The translations under genes were made by a program, and so were the position numbers. DNA of 64,000 nt, from contig JAADEM010000037.1 of NCBI GenBank assembly GCA_013153405.1, positions 2,202-66,201 of the forward strand, written 5' to 3'. Source of the DNA: Chlorobiota bacterium. Lineage in GTDB: Bacteria; Bacteroidota; Bacteroidia; Bacteroidales; Marinilabiliaceae. Below, piece by piece: positions 10,582 to 19,417 of the stretch; position 1 is the stretch's first letter; each line of letters begins with the position of its first letter. The notes under the pieces were generated by a model, which searched no databases, was not told the origin of the DNA, and worked only from the letters and a program-made list of their open reading frames with translations.

Positions 10582-12978
10582 CTACTTCTTTATTATTTTT
10601 ATTAGTTCATTTCCTGTTCCGGAATTAACCTGTAGCAGGTATATTCCTTTTTTCAGATTGCTCATGTTAATTTTTTGAACAGTTCCATTTATTTTGATAT
10701 TTCTAATAACCTTACCTGTGATGTCGAGGAGATTTATCGAACAGGTGGTTTTCCCGGTTTTTATGCATAGTACATCAGAAACCGGATTCGGGAATACTTC
10801 AATATTCTTCAAATCTGTGTTTTCAATTGAGGTACTTGTAGAAACAACATATAGTGTGAATTGTCCTGATGTGTTGTTGCCAGCTTCGTCGGTAGCAGTC
10901 CAGGTAATATTGTATTCGCCTGTTCCAAGTTTTTCTCCATTAAGAGAAGAGCTGTTGTTATAGCTGTTGGTCAGAGTAACGCTGCAATTATCAGATGCCG
11001 AGGCATCAAACTCAGTTCCGTTTATGGTGTAATATCCATCAGCATCGGCTTCAACTGTTGCATCCGAAGGACATGATATAACTGGAGCAATGTCATCTAC
11101 AACCGTAACAATACAGGTGTCTTTTGCGGAGTTTCCGCTGTAATCACTTAATGTTGCTATAACCTGGTTGTGTCCGATATTTGAACAGTTGAACGAAGAT
11201 ATATTTAGAGTAGTGTCTGCAATGGCGCAGTTATCATTAGTTACTGTTACTATTTCTTTTGCCGAAACTGAAGCATTCCCGTCAGCATCAAGATAAATCT
11301 TTAAAGTATCAATTACAGACAACTCCGGTTTTATGCTGTCGGCAACATATACCGTAACATCATACTCGGCATTGTTGCTGCAGCCGTCTTCAACATAAAG
11401 TACCGTTGATTGATTTCCATTGTCGCCGCAGTAATAACGGACATCGCCTATCTCGGAGCTTGTAATACCGGTGGCATCATAAGCTCCAAAATATGAGCCG
11501 TCAATTTTTGGTGTTTCTCCTGATTCCCCGATGTAAGCAGTTGCGAAAGTTGTTGTGATCGTTGGTGCTTCGGTATCGATTAATATTAATGTTGTGTCAG
11601 ATGCTAAATAACCGCCGTCGTTTATTACCCAGCACAGGTACCTTGCTTTATCAAGGTCGGAAGAAACATTTATGGTAAGTGTATTTGTTTCTGTACCACT
11701 GTAAGTGGCATCGTCTGACAAAAATGTACTGCTACCGCCATTGTATTTAAGCCATTGATACGATGTGGCATCTTTTGCTTTTACGGTAATTGTTATTGTT
11801 CCTGATGAACATGAGTACAAAGTATCAACGGGTTGTTCAATTATTCCTAAAGTGTAGTTTTCGGCCCAGGCGACTTTATTTTCATTTCTTTTAGCCATAA
11901 CTACATCAATGTCTCCGTCATTGTCGATGTCTTTTGTGTATACTGACGGGGTTGCACCCTCATTATCACAAATAAGAATCTCTGAACTGAAACTTCCACT
12001 TCCTTTGTTCTCGAACCAAACTGTTTTTCCTGTATAACTTAGATTTGTACTGCAAACTATGTCGTTGTCGCCGTCGTTATCAAAGTCTGCTGCATAAGCC
12101 GAACTTGCACCATCAAGAGAGTTTGTTAAAATATTATATGATGAATAATCTCCGTTGCCGGTATTCTCGAACCATGCACATAAATTCTCACTGTATGATG
12201 TAAATAATATATCATCATCACCATCTCCGTCAATATCAATTGCAGAAACAGATGTGGGGCAGGAAGTGTCAAAAATAGTGTGACTGTTGGTAAAGTTTTC
12301 ATTTCCGTCATTTTCAAACCAGATCATATATTCGTCTCTCGAAGATGAAGTGATTATATCGAAATCACTGTCGTTGTCAATATCTGCAGCACAAATTGTG
12401 ATAGGAGCGTCAACCAATGATTCTGAAATTATTATTTCATCAGAGAAGTTACCGTTACCATCATTCCTGTACCATGCAATTTTGTCGTCATTGGCAGAGG
12501 CAGATAACACATCAATATTGCCGTCACGGTCCAGATCGATGGCATAAACAGCTCGGGCCCCGTCAGCATTGTCGTTTAATACTACTTCTTCAAAAGTGCC
12601 ACTGCCGTCGTTTCTGTACCATGATACTTTGTCATTATCGGACGAGGCAGATATTACGTCGATATCATTATCTCCGTCAAGGTCAGCAGCAAAAACGGAA
12701 ATAGCATTTGCTGCAGAATCGGATATTATAACCTGTGAAGTAAAGTGACCGGAGCCGTCGTTGGGGTACCAGGCAACCTTATTATCATCTATCGATGCCG
12801 ATATTATGTCTGCATAACCGTCTCCGTTAATGTCGGCTGCAAATATGGAATATGCTTCATCGGCGTAGTTTACGGTTCCGGGATTTGCTTCATGAATAGT
12901 ATCATTAAAACAAGTTTGTGACCAACTGTTTATTACATAAAAAAACAATAGTCCGAGGAAAAGTAAGATTCTTTTCAT
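10582..12978 (-). CDS. FG-GAP/VCBS-repeat + Ig-like + HYR-like protein with T9SS type-A sorting domain (tandem paralog of 7378-10236)
   Basis: Same architecture as 7378-10236. The HYR-like segment PVISCPSDATVEADADGYYTINGTEFDASASDNCS aligns with its neighbour. C-terminus VFPNPVSDVLCIK...GIYLLQVN...IKIIKK. Confidence 0.85.
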   Translation of the reverse strand: MKRILLFLGLLFFYVINSWSQTCFNDTIHEANPGTVNYADEAYSIFAADINGDGYADIISASIDDNKVAWYPNDGSGHFTSQVIISDSAANAISVFAADLDGDNDIDVISASSDNDKVSWYRNDGSGTFEEVVLNDNADGARAVYAIDLDRDGNIDVLSASANDDKIAWYRNDGNGNFSDEIIISESLVDAPITICAADIDNDSDFDIITSSSRDEYMIWFENDGNENFTNSHTIFDTSCPTSVSAIDIDGDGDDDILFTSYSENLCAWFENTGNGDYSSYNILTNSLDGASSAYAADFDNDGDNDIVCSTNLSYTGKTVWFENKGSGSFSSEILICDNEGATPSVYTKDIDNDGDIDVVMAKRNENKVAWAENYTLGIIEQPVDTLYSCSSGTITITVKAKDATSYQWLKYNGGSSTFLSDDATYSGTETNTLTINVSSDLDKARYLCWVINDGGYLASDTTLILIDTEAPTITTTFATAYIGESGETPKIDGSYFGAYDATGITSSEIGDVRYYCGDNGNQSTVLYVEDGCSNNAEYDVTVYVADSIKPELSVIDTLKIYLDADGNASVSAKEIVTVTNDNCAIADTTLNISSFNCSNIGHNQVIATLSDYSGNSAKDTCIVTVVDDIAPVISCPSDATVEADADGYYTINGTEFDASASDNCSVTLTNSYNNSSSLNGEKLGTGEYNITWTATDEAGNNTSGQFTLYVVSTSTSIENTDLKNIEVFPNPVSDVLCIKTGKTTCSINLLDITGKVIRNIKINGTVQKINMSNLKKGIYLLQVNSGTGNELIKIIKK

Positions 12979-13005
12979 ATCTGTACTCTTTATGATTAAT
13001 CGGTT

Positions 13006-13097
13006 TAAAAATAAAAAGTGTGGACATTTTATTTATGAAGAATGATTATTTGCCTGATTTGAATTGATATTCGTTGGTGTTTTTATAATATCCGCAA
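13006..13097 (-). promoter_or_regulatory. Conserved promoter module, copy 3
   Basis: Boxes TATTTG 13047-13052, TATTCG 13068-13073 and TATCCG 13089-13094 (21 bp spacing). The minus-strand -7-like TATTTTTA is at 13013-13006, 34 bp from box 1. Confidence 0.6.
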
Positions 13098-13127
13098 AAA
13101 GCCCTCCGGATCAGAAGGGCTTTTTTT
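13096..13127. terminator. Rho-independent terminator of 13142-13669
   Basis: AAAAAGCCCT-loop-AGGGCTTTTTTT lies directly downstream of the minus-strand stop. Confidence 0.7.
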
Positions 13128-13141
13128 AAGGTATTATGTTG

Positions 13142-13657
13142 TTATTTTTTTGTTGCTGTGATATTCATTAGTATTTCTATTGTGCCAATTTCTTCATCAT
13201 TTGTAGTCAATGTATAGGCCGCATAGATAGTATTTTCGTTGTTATCGTATCTTCCGTGGTACATCTTACCGTCAAGCTCTGCTGAATCATAACCTGTAAG
13301 TGTCCATACCGTACCATCCTCTTCAAAAGTCCTTCTTGAGATATTAAAGGCAAATCCGTTTGAAGCTTCTGTTATTTCATACAATTCAAGAAACTTTTCA
13401 TCCCCATCTTTGATAGCTAACCCGGTAATTTCGCCGCCATCATCTATGCTAAAATTAATACTGCTTTCATCTAACTTTACCCACTCATCATTTTCATTTT
13501 TAACAAATGAGATAGCAGAACCTGAATAACTGCCAAATGCCTGATCTCTTACGTCGTTTAAGGCATCTTCAAGATCGTCAACAAAGGAACATGAGGAGAA
13601 TGATAATGCCATAATTAAAATACTCACTGTAATAGTCAAATAATTCCTTTTCATCAT
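13142..13657 (-). CDS. Small lipoprotein, unknown function
   Basis: Track ORF 13142-13669. The lipobox-like sequence LSFSSCSF follows a hydrophobic h-region. The start is probably one of the MMKRNYL methionines (13657 or 13654). Confidence 0.65.
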   Translation of the reverse strand: MMKRNYLTITVSILIMALSFSSCSFVDDLEDALNDVRDQAFGSYSGSAISFVKNENDEWVKLDESSINFSIDDGGEITGLAIKDGDEKFLELYEITEASNGFAFNISRRTFEEDGTVWTLTGYDSAELDGKMYHGRYDNNENTIYAAYTLTTNDEEIGTIEILMNITATKK

Positions 13658-13722
13658 AATTGCATACATTTTAAAGTTATTATTAATAGTTATAAATGAA
13701 TTCCATTTGTAAATTCAACAGT

Positions 13723-13815
13723 ATAAATGTATGCTTCCCTTATTCCGGATAATTATTAAATGAGTATTCGCAAAGTCACAAATTCATATTTGCTGTGATT
13801 CTTATGAAATTTGTT
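13723..13815 (-). promoter_or_regulatory. Conserved promoter module, copy 4
   Basis: Boxes TATTCG 13765-13770, TATTTG 13787-13792 and AATTTG 13808-13813 (22 and 21 bp spacing). The minus-strand -7-like TACATTTA is at 13730-13723, 35 bp from box 1. Confidence 0.55.
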
Positions 13816-13823
13816 TTTTTAGA

Positions 13824-13858
13824 TAAAAAAAAGGATGACAATATTTTGCCATCCTTAT
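13824..13858. terminator. Rho-independent terminator of the DUF1858 gene
   Basis: AAGGATGACA-loop-TGCCATCCTT; on the minus strand it is followed by a T-run. Confidence 0.7.
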
Positions 13859-13878
13859 AAATGAACGTTACGTGTTTT

Positions 13879-14127
13879 TTACATCTTTTTTACATCAACG
13901 TGGGTGTCAGGTCCAGCTTCAGGGTTGTCTTTGAGGTCGTTCAGCTCTTTTACGAACATTGCTATCTCCTGGTCGCTGAAACCTTTTTCTTTTGCAGCTT
14001 CTTCCAGAGTTCCCCAAATAGGTTCACCACAGGCAATGCATTTAATTCCTTTTACACTCAGATAACGTACTGAGCCTGGAACCAGATCCACCAGCTCTTC
14101 TATTGTGATATCTTTTGTTACTTCCAT
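13879..14127 (-). CDS. DUF1858 domain protein (hybrid-cluster-protein-associated redox disulfide domain)
   Basis: 82 aa. TIEELVDLVPGSVRYLSVKGIKCIACGEPIWGTLEEAAKEKG matches the DUF1858 C-x-x-C pattern. Confidence 0.7.
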   Translation of the reverse strand: MEVTKDITIEELVDLVPGSVRYLSVKGIKCIACGEPIWGTLEEAAKEKGFSDQEIAMFVKELNDLKDNPEAGPDTHVDVKKM

Positions 14128-14186
14128 AGTTATTGATTTTTATTTTTTGCAAAAATACAATTTAAGCCGGAAAGAAAAACAGGTGT

Positions 14187-15542
14187 TTAATGTTTATACG
14201 GGATTGTAAAGAAGAAAGTAGCACCTTCGCCCGGTTTTGATTTTACCCATATCTCACCACCAAGAGCGAGTACAATACCTTTTGATATCGGAAGTCCTAA
14301 TCCGGTGCCTTTTTTTACAATGTTTTTATTTTCAATCTTAACAAAACGATCAAAGATATTTGTCTGTAATTCTTCAGGTATGCCATAACCGTTATCTTTA
14401 ATGAAAAACTCAATAAAATTATCTTTTATACTGAATCCAACTTTTATTTCACCTTTGTCAAGGTGGTTTATTGCATTGTTAATAAGATTTATCAATACCT
14501 GCTTCAGCCGATCCATGTCAGAATTAATAACAACAGAGTCAATATTTTCATCATTGGTAAATATGATGTTGATATTGTATTTTTCTTTTAGTGTAAGTTC
14601 GTAGATTTGTTTAAGTTCATCAATTAGTATTTTCAGTTTAAAAGGTTTTATACTGAGTTTGAGCTGACCTGATTCAATGACTGAAAAGTCTAAAATGTTT
14701 TTTATTATGCTTAGCAGGTAGTTTCCGCTTTTGTAGATATTGGTTAAATATTTGTTTTTCTCATTGTCATCACTGTAGGCTTCGTACATTAATAGTTCGG
14801 TAAATCCCATTATTGCATTTAACGGAGTACGTACTTCGTGACTCATGTTGGCAAGGAAGTTTGTTTTAAGTTTGTCGGCTTCAATTGCTTTTTGTTTTGC
14901 CTGGTTCAACTGTTTTATTTTATCCTGTAATGATAATTGTAGTTTTTTTTGCTTGGCTATGGTTTTAGCCAGTTCGTTTAATAAAATGGCAAGTGGAACT
15001 GAAGACAGTAAACATATTATTTCGGTACTTGATGCAACTGTAATCCAAAAAGGAACAGTATACTGGGTTATCTTCATGTTGCCGAAGAAGTTATAATGTA
15101 ATCCCAGTGCTATTGTTAAGAATAAAATAACGTTTATAAGTAAACTGCCTGCAGCTCCCCGGATTCCTAATAGCAGCGACGAAAGAATAGATGCTGCAAT
15201 AATATAGCTTAATCCGTTTGCCTTTGGCCCAACTAAAAATAAAAGTGCCAGGCCGACTATGTAAGCCATTACTATAATAGATGATATCCTTACGAAAAAG
15301 GAGAATTTATTGGCAATGGATAGTATAATTATGAAAAAATATACAATTGTATTAATTGCAATAAGTGCATAGTTCCCGGTTTGGAGAGCCAGATAACTGC
15401 TGAATATATAAGGAGGTAATCCTGAAAATATTATTATCAGGAATATACTTTTCAGCACTCTTTCTCGCCAGTATAATACTCCGTCATCAGGAGTGAGTTT
15501 TGTGTTTTCAAAAAATCGTATTATTGCTTTCCCCACCATCAT
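14187..15542 (-). CDS. Membrane sensor histidine kinase (multi-TM N-terminus, HisKA + HATPase_c)
   Basis: H-box FLANMSHEVRTPLNAIMGF, N-box LINLINNAINH, G-boxes DNGYGIP and GTGLGLPISKGIV. About six hydrophobic helices lie N-terminally. No response regulator is present in the window. Confidence 0.85.
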   Translation of the reverse strand: MMVGKAIIRFFENTKLTPDDGVLYWRERVLKSIFLIIIFSGLPPYIFSSYLALQTGNYALIAINTIVYFFIIILSIANKFSFFVRISSIIVMAYIVGLALLFLVGPKANGLSYIIAASILSSLLLGIRGAAGSLLINVILFLTIALGLHYNFFGNMKITQYTVPFWITVASSTEIICLLSSVPLAILLNELAKTIAKQKKLQLSLQDKIKQLNQAKQKAIEADKLKTNFLANMSHEVRTPLNAIMGFTELLMYEAYSDDNEKNKYLTNIYKSGNYLLSIIKNILDFSVIESGQLKLSIKPFKLKILIDELKQIYELTLKEKYNINIIFTNDENIDSVVINSDMDRLKQVLINLINNAINHLDKGEIKVGFSIKDNFIEFFIKDNGYGIPEELQTNIFDRFVKIENKNIVKKGTGLGLPISKGIVLALGGEIWVKSKPGEGATFFFTIPYKH

Positions 15543-15627
15543 TTCGAGAATTACGTAAATAAGTACCGAAAGTTAGTTTTTTTACTTAAAATATTGCGTT
15601 TGATTGATGAAATGTTGTTTTTTGAAT

Positions 15628-16920
15628 TTAAACTGATTTTGTTGCTTTAGGGTAAAAAATAAATTGCAGAAAACTCCGCATGAAAGAAAACAGTAGCATA
15701 GCCAGCCAAAGCGCATGGTTATGCAGTGTATTGCCTGCCAAATAATATGTAATAAAGAATACAAATGTTGCTGCAAGCATGGTATATTTCATGAGTTTTG
15801 AAGCAGTAGTACCGATGTAAACCCCGTCCCATATGTAAGAAGCAAAGCTTATGAGCGGTAGCGTTATTATCCAGGGCAGATACTTCCGGCCTTCAGTAAG
15901 TACGTTTTCATGTTTTGTGAAAAACACGAGTAATTCATCACCGGCAAAATAATATAATGCAGAAAAAAGAATTCCGAAACCTAATCCCCAGAACATTAAA
16001 AGGCGGATGACTTTTTTCAGGTTTGCATAATCTTTTGCTCCGAAAAATTTTCCCACAAGAGCTTCTGCCGCATAGGCAAAACCGTCGAGGAAATATGAAA
16101 AAAGAAAAAGAAACTGCAGTAATGCACTGTTTGCGGCAAGAATGATGTCGTTAAAACCTGCTGATTCAGATGTGAAAAATGTGAATACCAGAATTATACA
16201 GGCTGTGCGAATAAAAATATCACCGCTTACATTAAGAAAGTTTTTGATGCCTTTCCCGTCTATTATTGCTGAAAAGCTGAATTCATTAAGAATGTATTTG
16301 TATTTTTTCAGGAAAAAAATTACAGCCATTAGCAGTCCGAAATATTGAGAAATCATTGAGCCAAGAGCTACTCCATCCACTTTCATTTCAAAGCTTCGTA
16401 CAAATAAAAAAGACAAAAGAATATTGACAATATTTACCGTTACTGCAATAATCATTGGGTAAATGGCATTTTGCATACCAAGGAACCATCCGTAAAATAC
16501 CATTAACGAAATTGCTGCCGGGGCAGCCCATATCCGGATGTAAAAATATTCGCGGGCCAGATTTTTCACTTCTGGCGAACCATCAAGAATAAGGAAGCTT
16601 ACTTTTTCAATGCCTGTTTGTAAAAGCAATAACAGTAAAGCTCCTCCTATTGCAAGTAATAATCCACGAAACAAGGTGTTTGCCATTCCGGAGGAATCCT
16701 TTTTTCCGTATTCCTGAGCTGCAATTCCACTAATGCTCATTCTTAAAAAAGCAAAACCCCAGTACACAAGATTGAATATAACACCGCCGAGAGCAATAGC
16801 TCCCATGTATACAGCCGAATCGAGATAGCCCATCAGGTGCATATCTACCATTCCCAGAAGTGGAACTGTTAGATTTGTTAGTATGTTGGGCAATGCAAGT
16901 TTTAAAATGTATTTATTCAT
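15628..16920 (-). CDS. MATE family efflux transporter
   Basis: LALPNILTNLTVPLLGMVDMHLMGYL N-terminus with about 12 TM segments, a typical MATE/DinF-like pattern. Confidence 0.8.
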   Translation of the reverse strand: MNKYILKLALPNILTNLTVPLLGMVDMHLMGYLDSAVYMGAIALGGVIFNLVYWGFAFLRMSISGIAAQEYGKKDSSGMANTLFRGLLLAIGGALLLLLLQTGIEKVSFLILDGSPEVKNLAREYFYIRIWAAPAAISLMVFYGWFLGMQNAIYPMIIAVTVNIVNILLSFLFVRSFEMKVDGVALGSMISQYFGLLMAVIFFLKKYKYILNEFSFSAIIDGKGIKNFLNVSGDIFIRTACIILVFTFFTSESAGFNDIILAANSALLQFLFLFSYFLDGFAYAAEALVGKFFGAKDYANLKKVIRLLMFWGLGFGILFSALYYFAGDELLVFFTKHENVLTEGRKYLPWIITLPLISFASYIWDGVYIGTTASKLMKYTMLAATFVFFITYYLAGNTLHNHALWLAMLLFSFMRSFLQFIFYPKATKSV

Positions 16921-17120
16921 CGGCTGTATGTGAAAATGTATAGTTCTCAGTTATTCATGTTTATTGTTTTTCAGTGGTAAATAACGTACTTTTATGTGTA
17001 AAAGTACCAGCCCCGCAAAAAATTTTCTTAAAAAATGTTTATTACAAAAACATTTCATAACAGATGTTGTTTTATACGTACAAACTAAACTAAACAGTAA
17101 TAACTTTAAAAACTATAATT

Positions 17121-17696
17121 ATGAAATTTGAATTACCGCCGCTGCCCTATGCATTAGATGCATTGGAGCCGCATATTTCAAGAACAACATTAGAGTACCA
17201 TCACGGGAAACATCATCAGGCTTATGTGAATAACCTGAATAATCTTATTCCTGGAACTGAATTTGAAAATGCAGACCTTGAAACTATTATTAAAAAAGCC
17301 GATGGTGGAATTTTTAATAATGGTGCGCAGGTGTGGAATCATACTTTTTATTTTAATCAGTTTTCACCCAATGGAGGAGGAGAGCCCGAAGGAGCTCTGG
17401 CTGAAGCTATCAACAAGTCGTTTGGTTCGTTTGAGACATTTAAGGATGAATTTTCAAAGGCTGCTGCAACTCTGTTCGGCTCAGGTTGGGCCTGGCTTGT
17501 GAAAAAAGATGATGGTTCCCTTGAAATTGTCAAGGAGAGTAATGCCGGCAATCCTATTCGCAACGGTTTAACTCCGGTATTGACTTGTGATGTATGGGAA
17601 CATGCTTATTATCTTGATAAGCAGAATAAGCGTCCTGACTATATTGCTGAATTCTGGAAAGTTGTAGACTGGAAAGTTGTAGGCGGAAGATATTAA
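17121..17696 (+). CDS. sodB: Superoxide dismutase (Fe/Mn family, Fe-type signature)
   Basis: LPPLPYALDALEPHISRTTLEYHHGKHH, AQVWNHTFYF, DVWEHAYYLD. Confidence 0.9.
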   Translation: MKFELPPLPYALDALEPHISRTTLEYHHGKHHQAYVNNLNNLIPGTEFENADLETIIKKADGGIFNNGAQVWNHTFYFNQFSPNGGGEPEGALAEAINKSFGSFETFKDEFSKAAATLFGSGWAWLVKKDDGSLEIVKESNAGNPIRNGLTPVLTCDVWEHAYYLDKQNKRPDYIAEFWKVVDWKVVGGRY

Positions 17697-17716
17697 TAAT
17701 TTGAGTATAAAATAAG

Positions 17717-17792
17717 AAAAGAGGGTGTCCGAAAAGTAAAACAGCCACGTCATTGTGGTAAGGAATGACGACTTTTAGGACACCCTCTTTTC
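17717..17792. repeat. Nested-palindrome intergenic element, copy A (short form); acts as a bidirectional terminator between sodB and 17844-19175
   Basis: AAAAGAGGGTGTCCGAAAAGTAAAACAGCCACGTCATT-GTGGTAAGG-AATGACGACTTTTAGGACACCCTCTTTT. The outer stem is GAGGGTGTCC/GGACACCCTC and the inner stem is CGTCATT/AATGACG. Confidence 0.8.
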
Positions 17793-17843
17793 TTAAGTGT
17801 TTAGGTTTAAATGACCTGTATTGTTTTTATCGAGATGATGTAT

Positions 17844-19175
17844 TTATTGTTTTATAAACTTAACATTAATCTCGTTGCTTTTAATTATGTAAATACCACC
17901 GGGGAGTTCTGAGATATTTAATTTTGAAGTGTGATTATCTGTCCATGCCGACCTCAGAACAAGATTTCCGGTCATATTATAAACATTAATTACAGTTCCG
18001 GGAATAACGGTGTTGTCGGAATATACCCATATAAAATCTTTTGCAGGCACAGGAAACAGTTTGATGTCGTTGCTTTTTACATCTTGTCTGCTTGTGATAA
18101 TGGCAGGATCAGAATTAAGTACAAATCCCAGAGTGAAATACCAGGAGCCTGAAGCATCAAAAGGATCAGGAAAATTCGGATAGGTTGTTTCTGTTATAAA
18201 ATATGAATGTGAATTTGCTGTTGTAATTCCTTTTGAATATGGATTAACTCCCTTGCTGATATGTAAAATGCCTTCACCTCCGTATTGAATAGCCAGATAA
18301 TATGAACTGTCGGCCTTAAGTGTAAGTTCCGATTCTGGAATATTTGCATAAAAGGTGTCTCTTTTAACTGCGGGGATATTTATTTCATCAGAGATATATA
18401 TAAGCCTTGAATTATTCAAGCCTTCATATACCGCAAATTTAACCGGACCTGAGGCATCTGAGGTGTCTGTTTTTATTCCTATGTGTCTTACCATTATATC
18501 GCCGGTGCCGGGTACGCTTAATAGAGATGAAGCCACTAATCCTTTGTCTATTTCCTGATAATCGGTAGTGTTGAAATCAAAAATATCGTTGTACGGTACA
18601 ATTTCTTCGTCTATAACTTCTCCTTTCAGAATCATACCTGTATTAAAAGCCCAGTTACCTTCTGTACTTACAGGATTAGGAAAGAACGGATATACATTGT
18701 TGTCTTTGAACAGAGTGTTATCCAGATCTGTTGCAATACCGTCATTGACGGCACTGCTTTGTTTTTGTACATATAAGTAATCACTACCCATGTACATTAA
18801 TGAGATATAGTATGTTTTAGATGCTTCCAGTTTTTGAACCCCTTTTTTTACGGGAGTTGTGATTGTTGCATTAGCGCCCCCAGTAAAACTTATCTCATCT
18901 GATCTGAAGATTAAATACAGACCTGCTTCCGGAAAATCCTTATATTCGTATATTCCCATATAAATTTTCCCGCTTTGAGATAGGTCCCCTGTCTGAACCC
19001 CGATTTCGGTAATATAGTAATCGTCACCATCAGGCATAGTGAAAGGTTGAAGAATAAGAAGTCCCTGTTGTATAGATTGTGTTTCTGTGCAGTCAAATTT
19101 TATTATGTCGGTTTGAGCATAACATTGCAGAGCTGCAAATAAAAACAGAATTGTAAGGGTTGGTTTTGTTTTCAT
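17844..19175 (-). CDS. T9SS type-A sorting-domain protein, unknown function, with an internally duplicated ~170-aa module
   Basis: Signal peptide present. C-terminus LFPVPAKDFIWVY...GGIYIIKSN...KFIKQ. Two similar halves both end in YP(F/N)FP(N/D)P...(G/S)(N/S)W(A/Y)F..G(M/F).L. Confidence 0.75.
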   Translation of the reverse strand: MKTKPTLTILFLFAALQCYAQTDIIKFDCTETQSIQQGLLILQPFTMPDGDDYYITEIGVQTGDLSQSGKIYMGIYEYKDFPEAGLYLIFRSDEISFTGGANATITTPVKKGVQKLEASKTYYISLMYMGSDYLYVQKQSSAVNDGIATDLDNTLFKDNNVYPFFPNPVSTEGNWAFNTGMILKGEVIDEEIVPYNDIFDFNTTDYQEIDKGLVASSLLSVPGTGDIMVRHIGIKTDTSDASGPVKFAVYEGLNNSRLIYISDEINIPAVKRDTFYANIPESELTLKADSSYYLAIQYGGEGILHISKGVNPYSKGITTANSHSYFITETTYPNFPDPFDASGSWYFTLGFVLNSDPAIITSRQDVKSNDIKLFPVPAKDFIWVYSDNTVIPGTVINVYNMTGNLVLRSAWTDNHTSKLNISELPGGIYIIKSNEINVKFIKQ

Positions 19176-19417
19176 AATTAACAGGTTTAGATTGGTTTAA
19201 AAGTTAAGTGTTTGTTGTTTGTAGATTAATCAGTAATAAACGGGCCTGAGTTTTTTTGATGAAAAAAAATATAACAGCCAGTGTAGCAAAGTTTGTTTTT
19301 TTTTGACATAAATAAAAATTTTATATGATGTATTTTGATAAAAGTTAGTATGTTGGTCTTTGTTTTATCGTTATTTACATTAAGTTTGAAATGAAATATT
19401 TTATTTAAATCGTCATT

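Noticed and set aside
7378-12978. Diversity-generating retroelement targeting the FG-GAP paralogs
   Set aside because: There is no reverse transcriptase gene, no template/variable repeat pair and no adenine-specific mismatch pattern. The similarity is ordinary paralogy.
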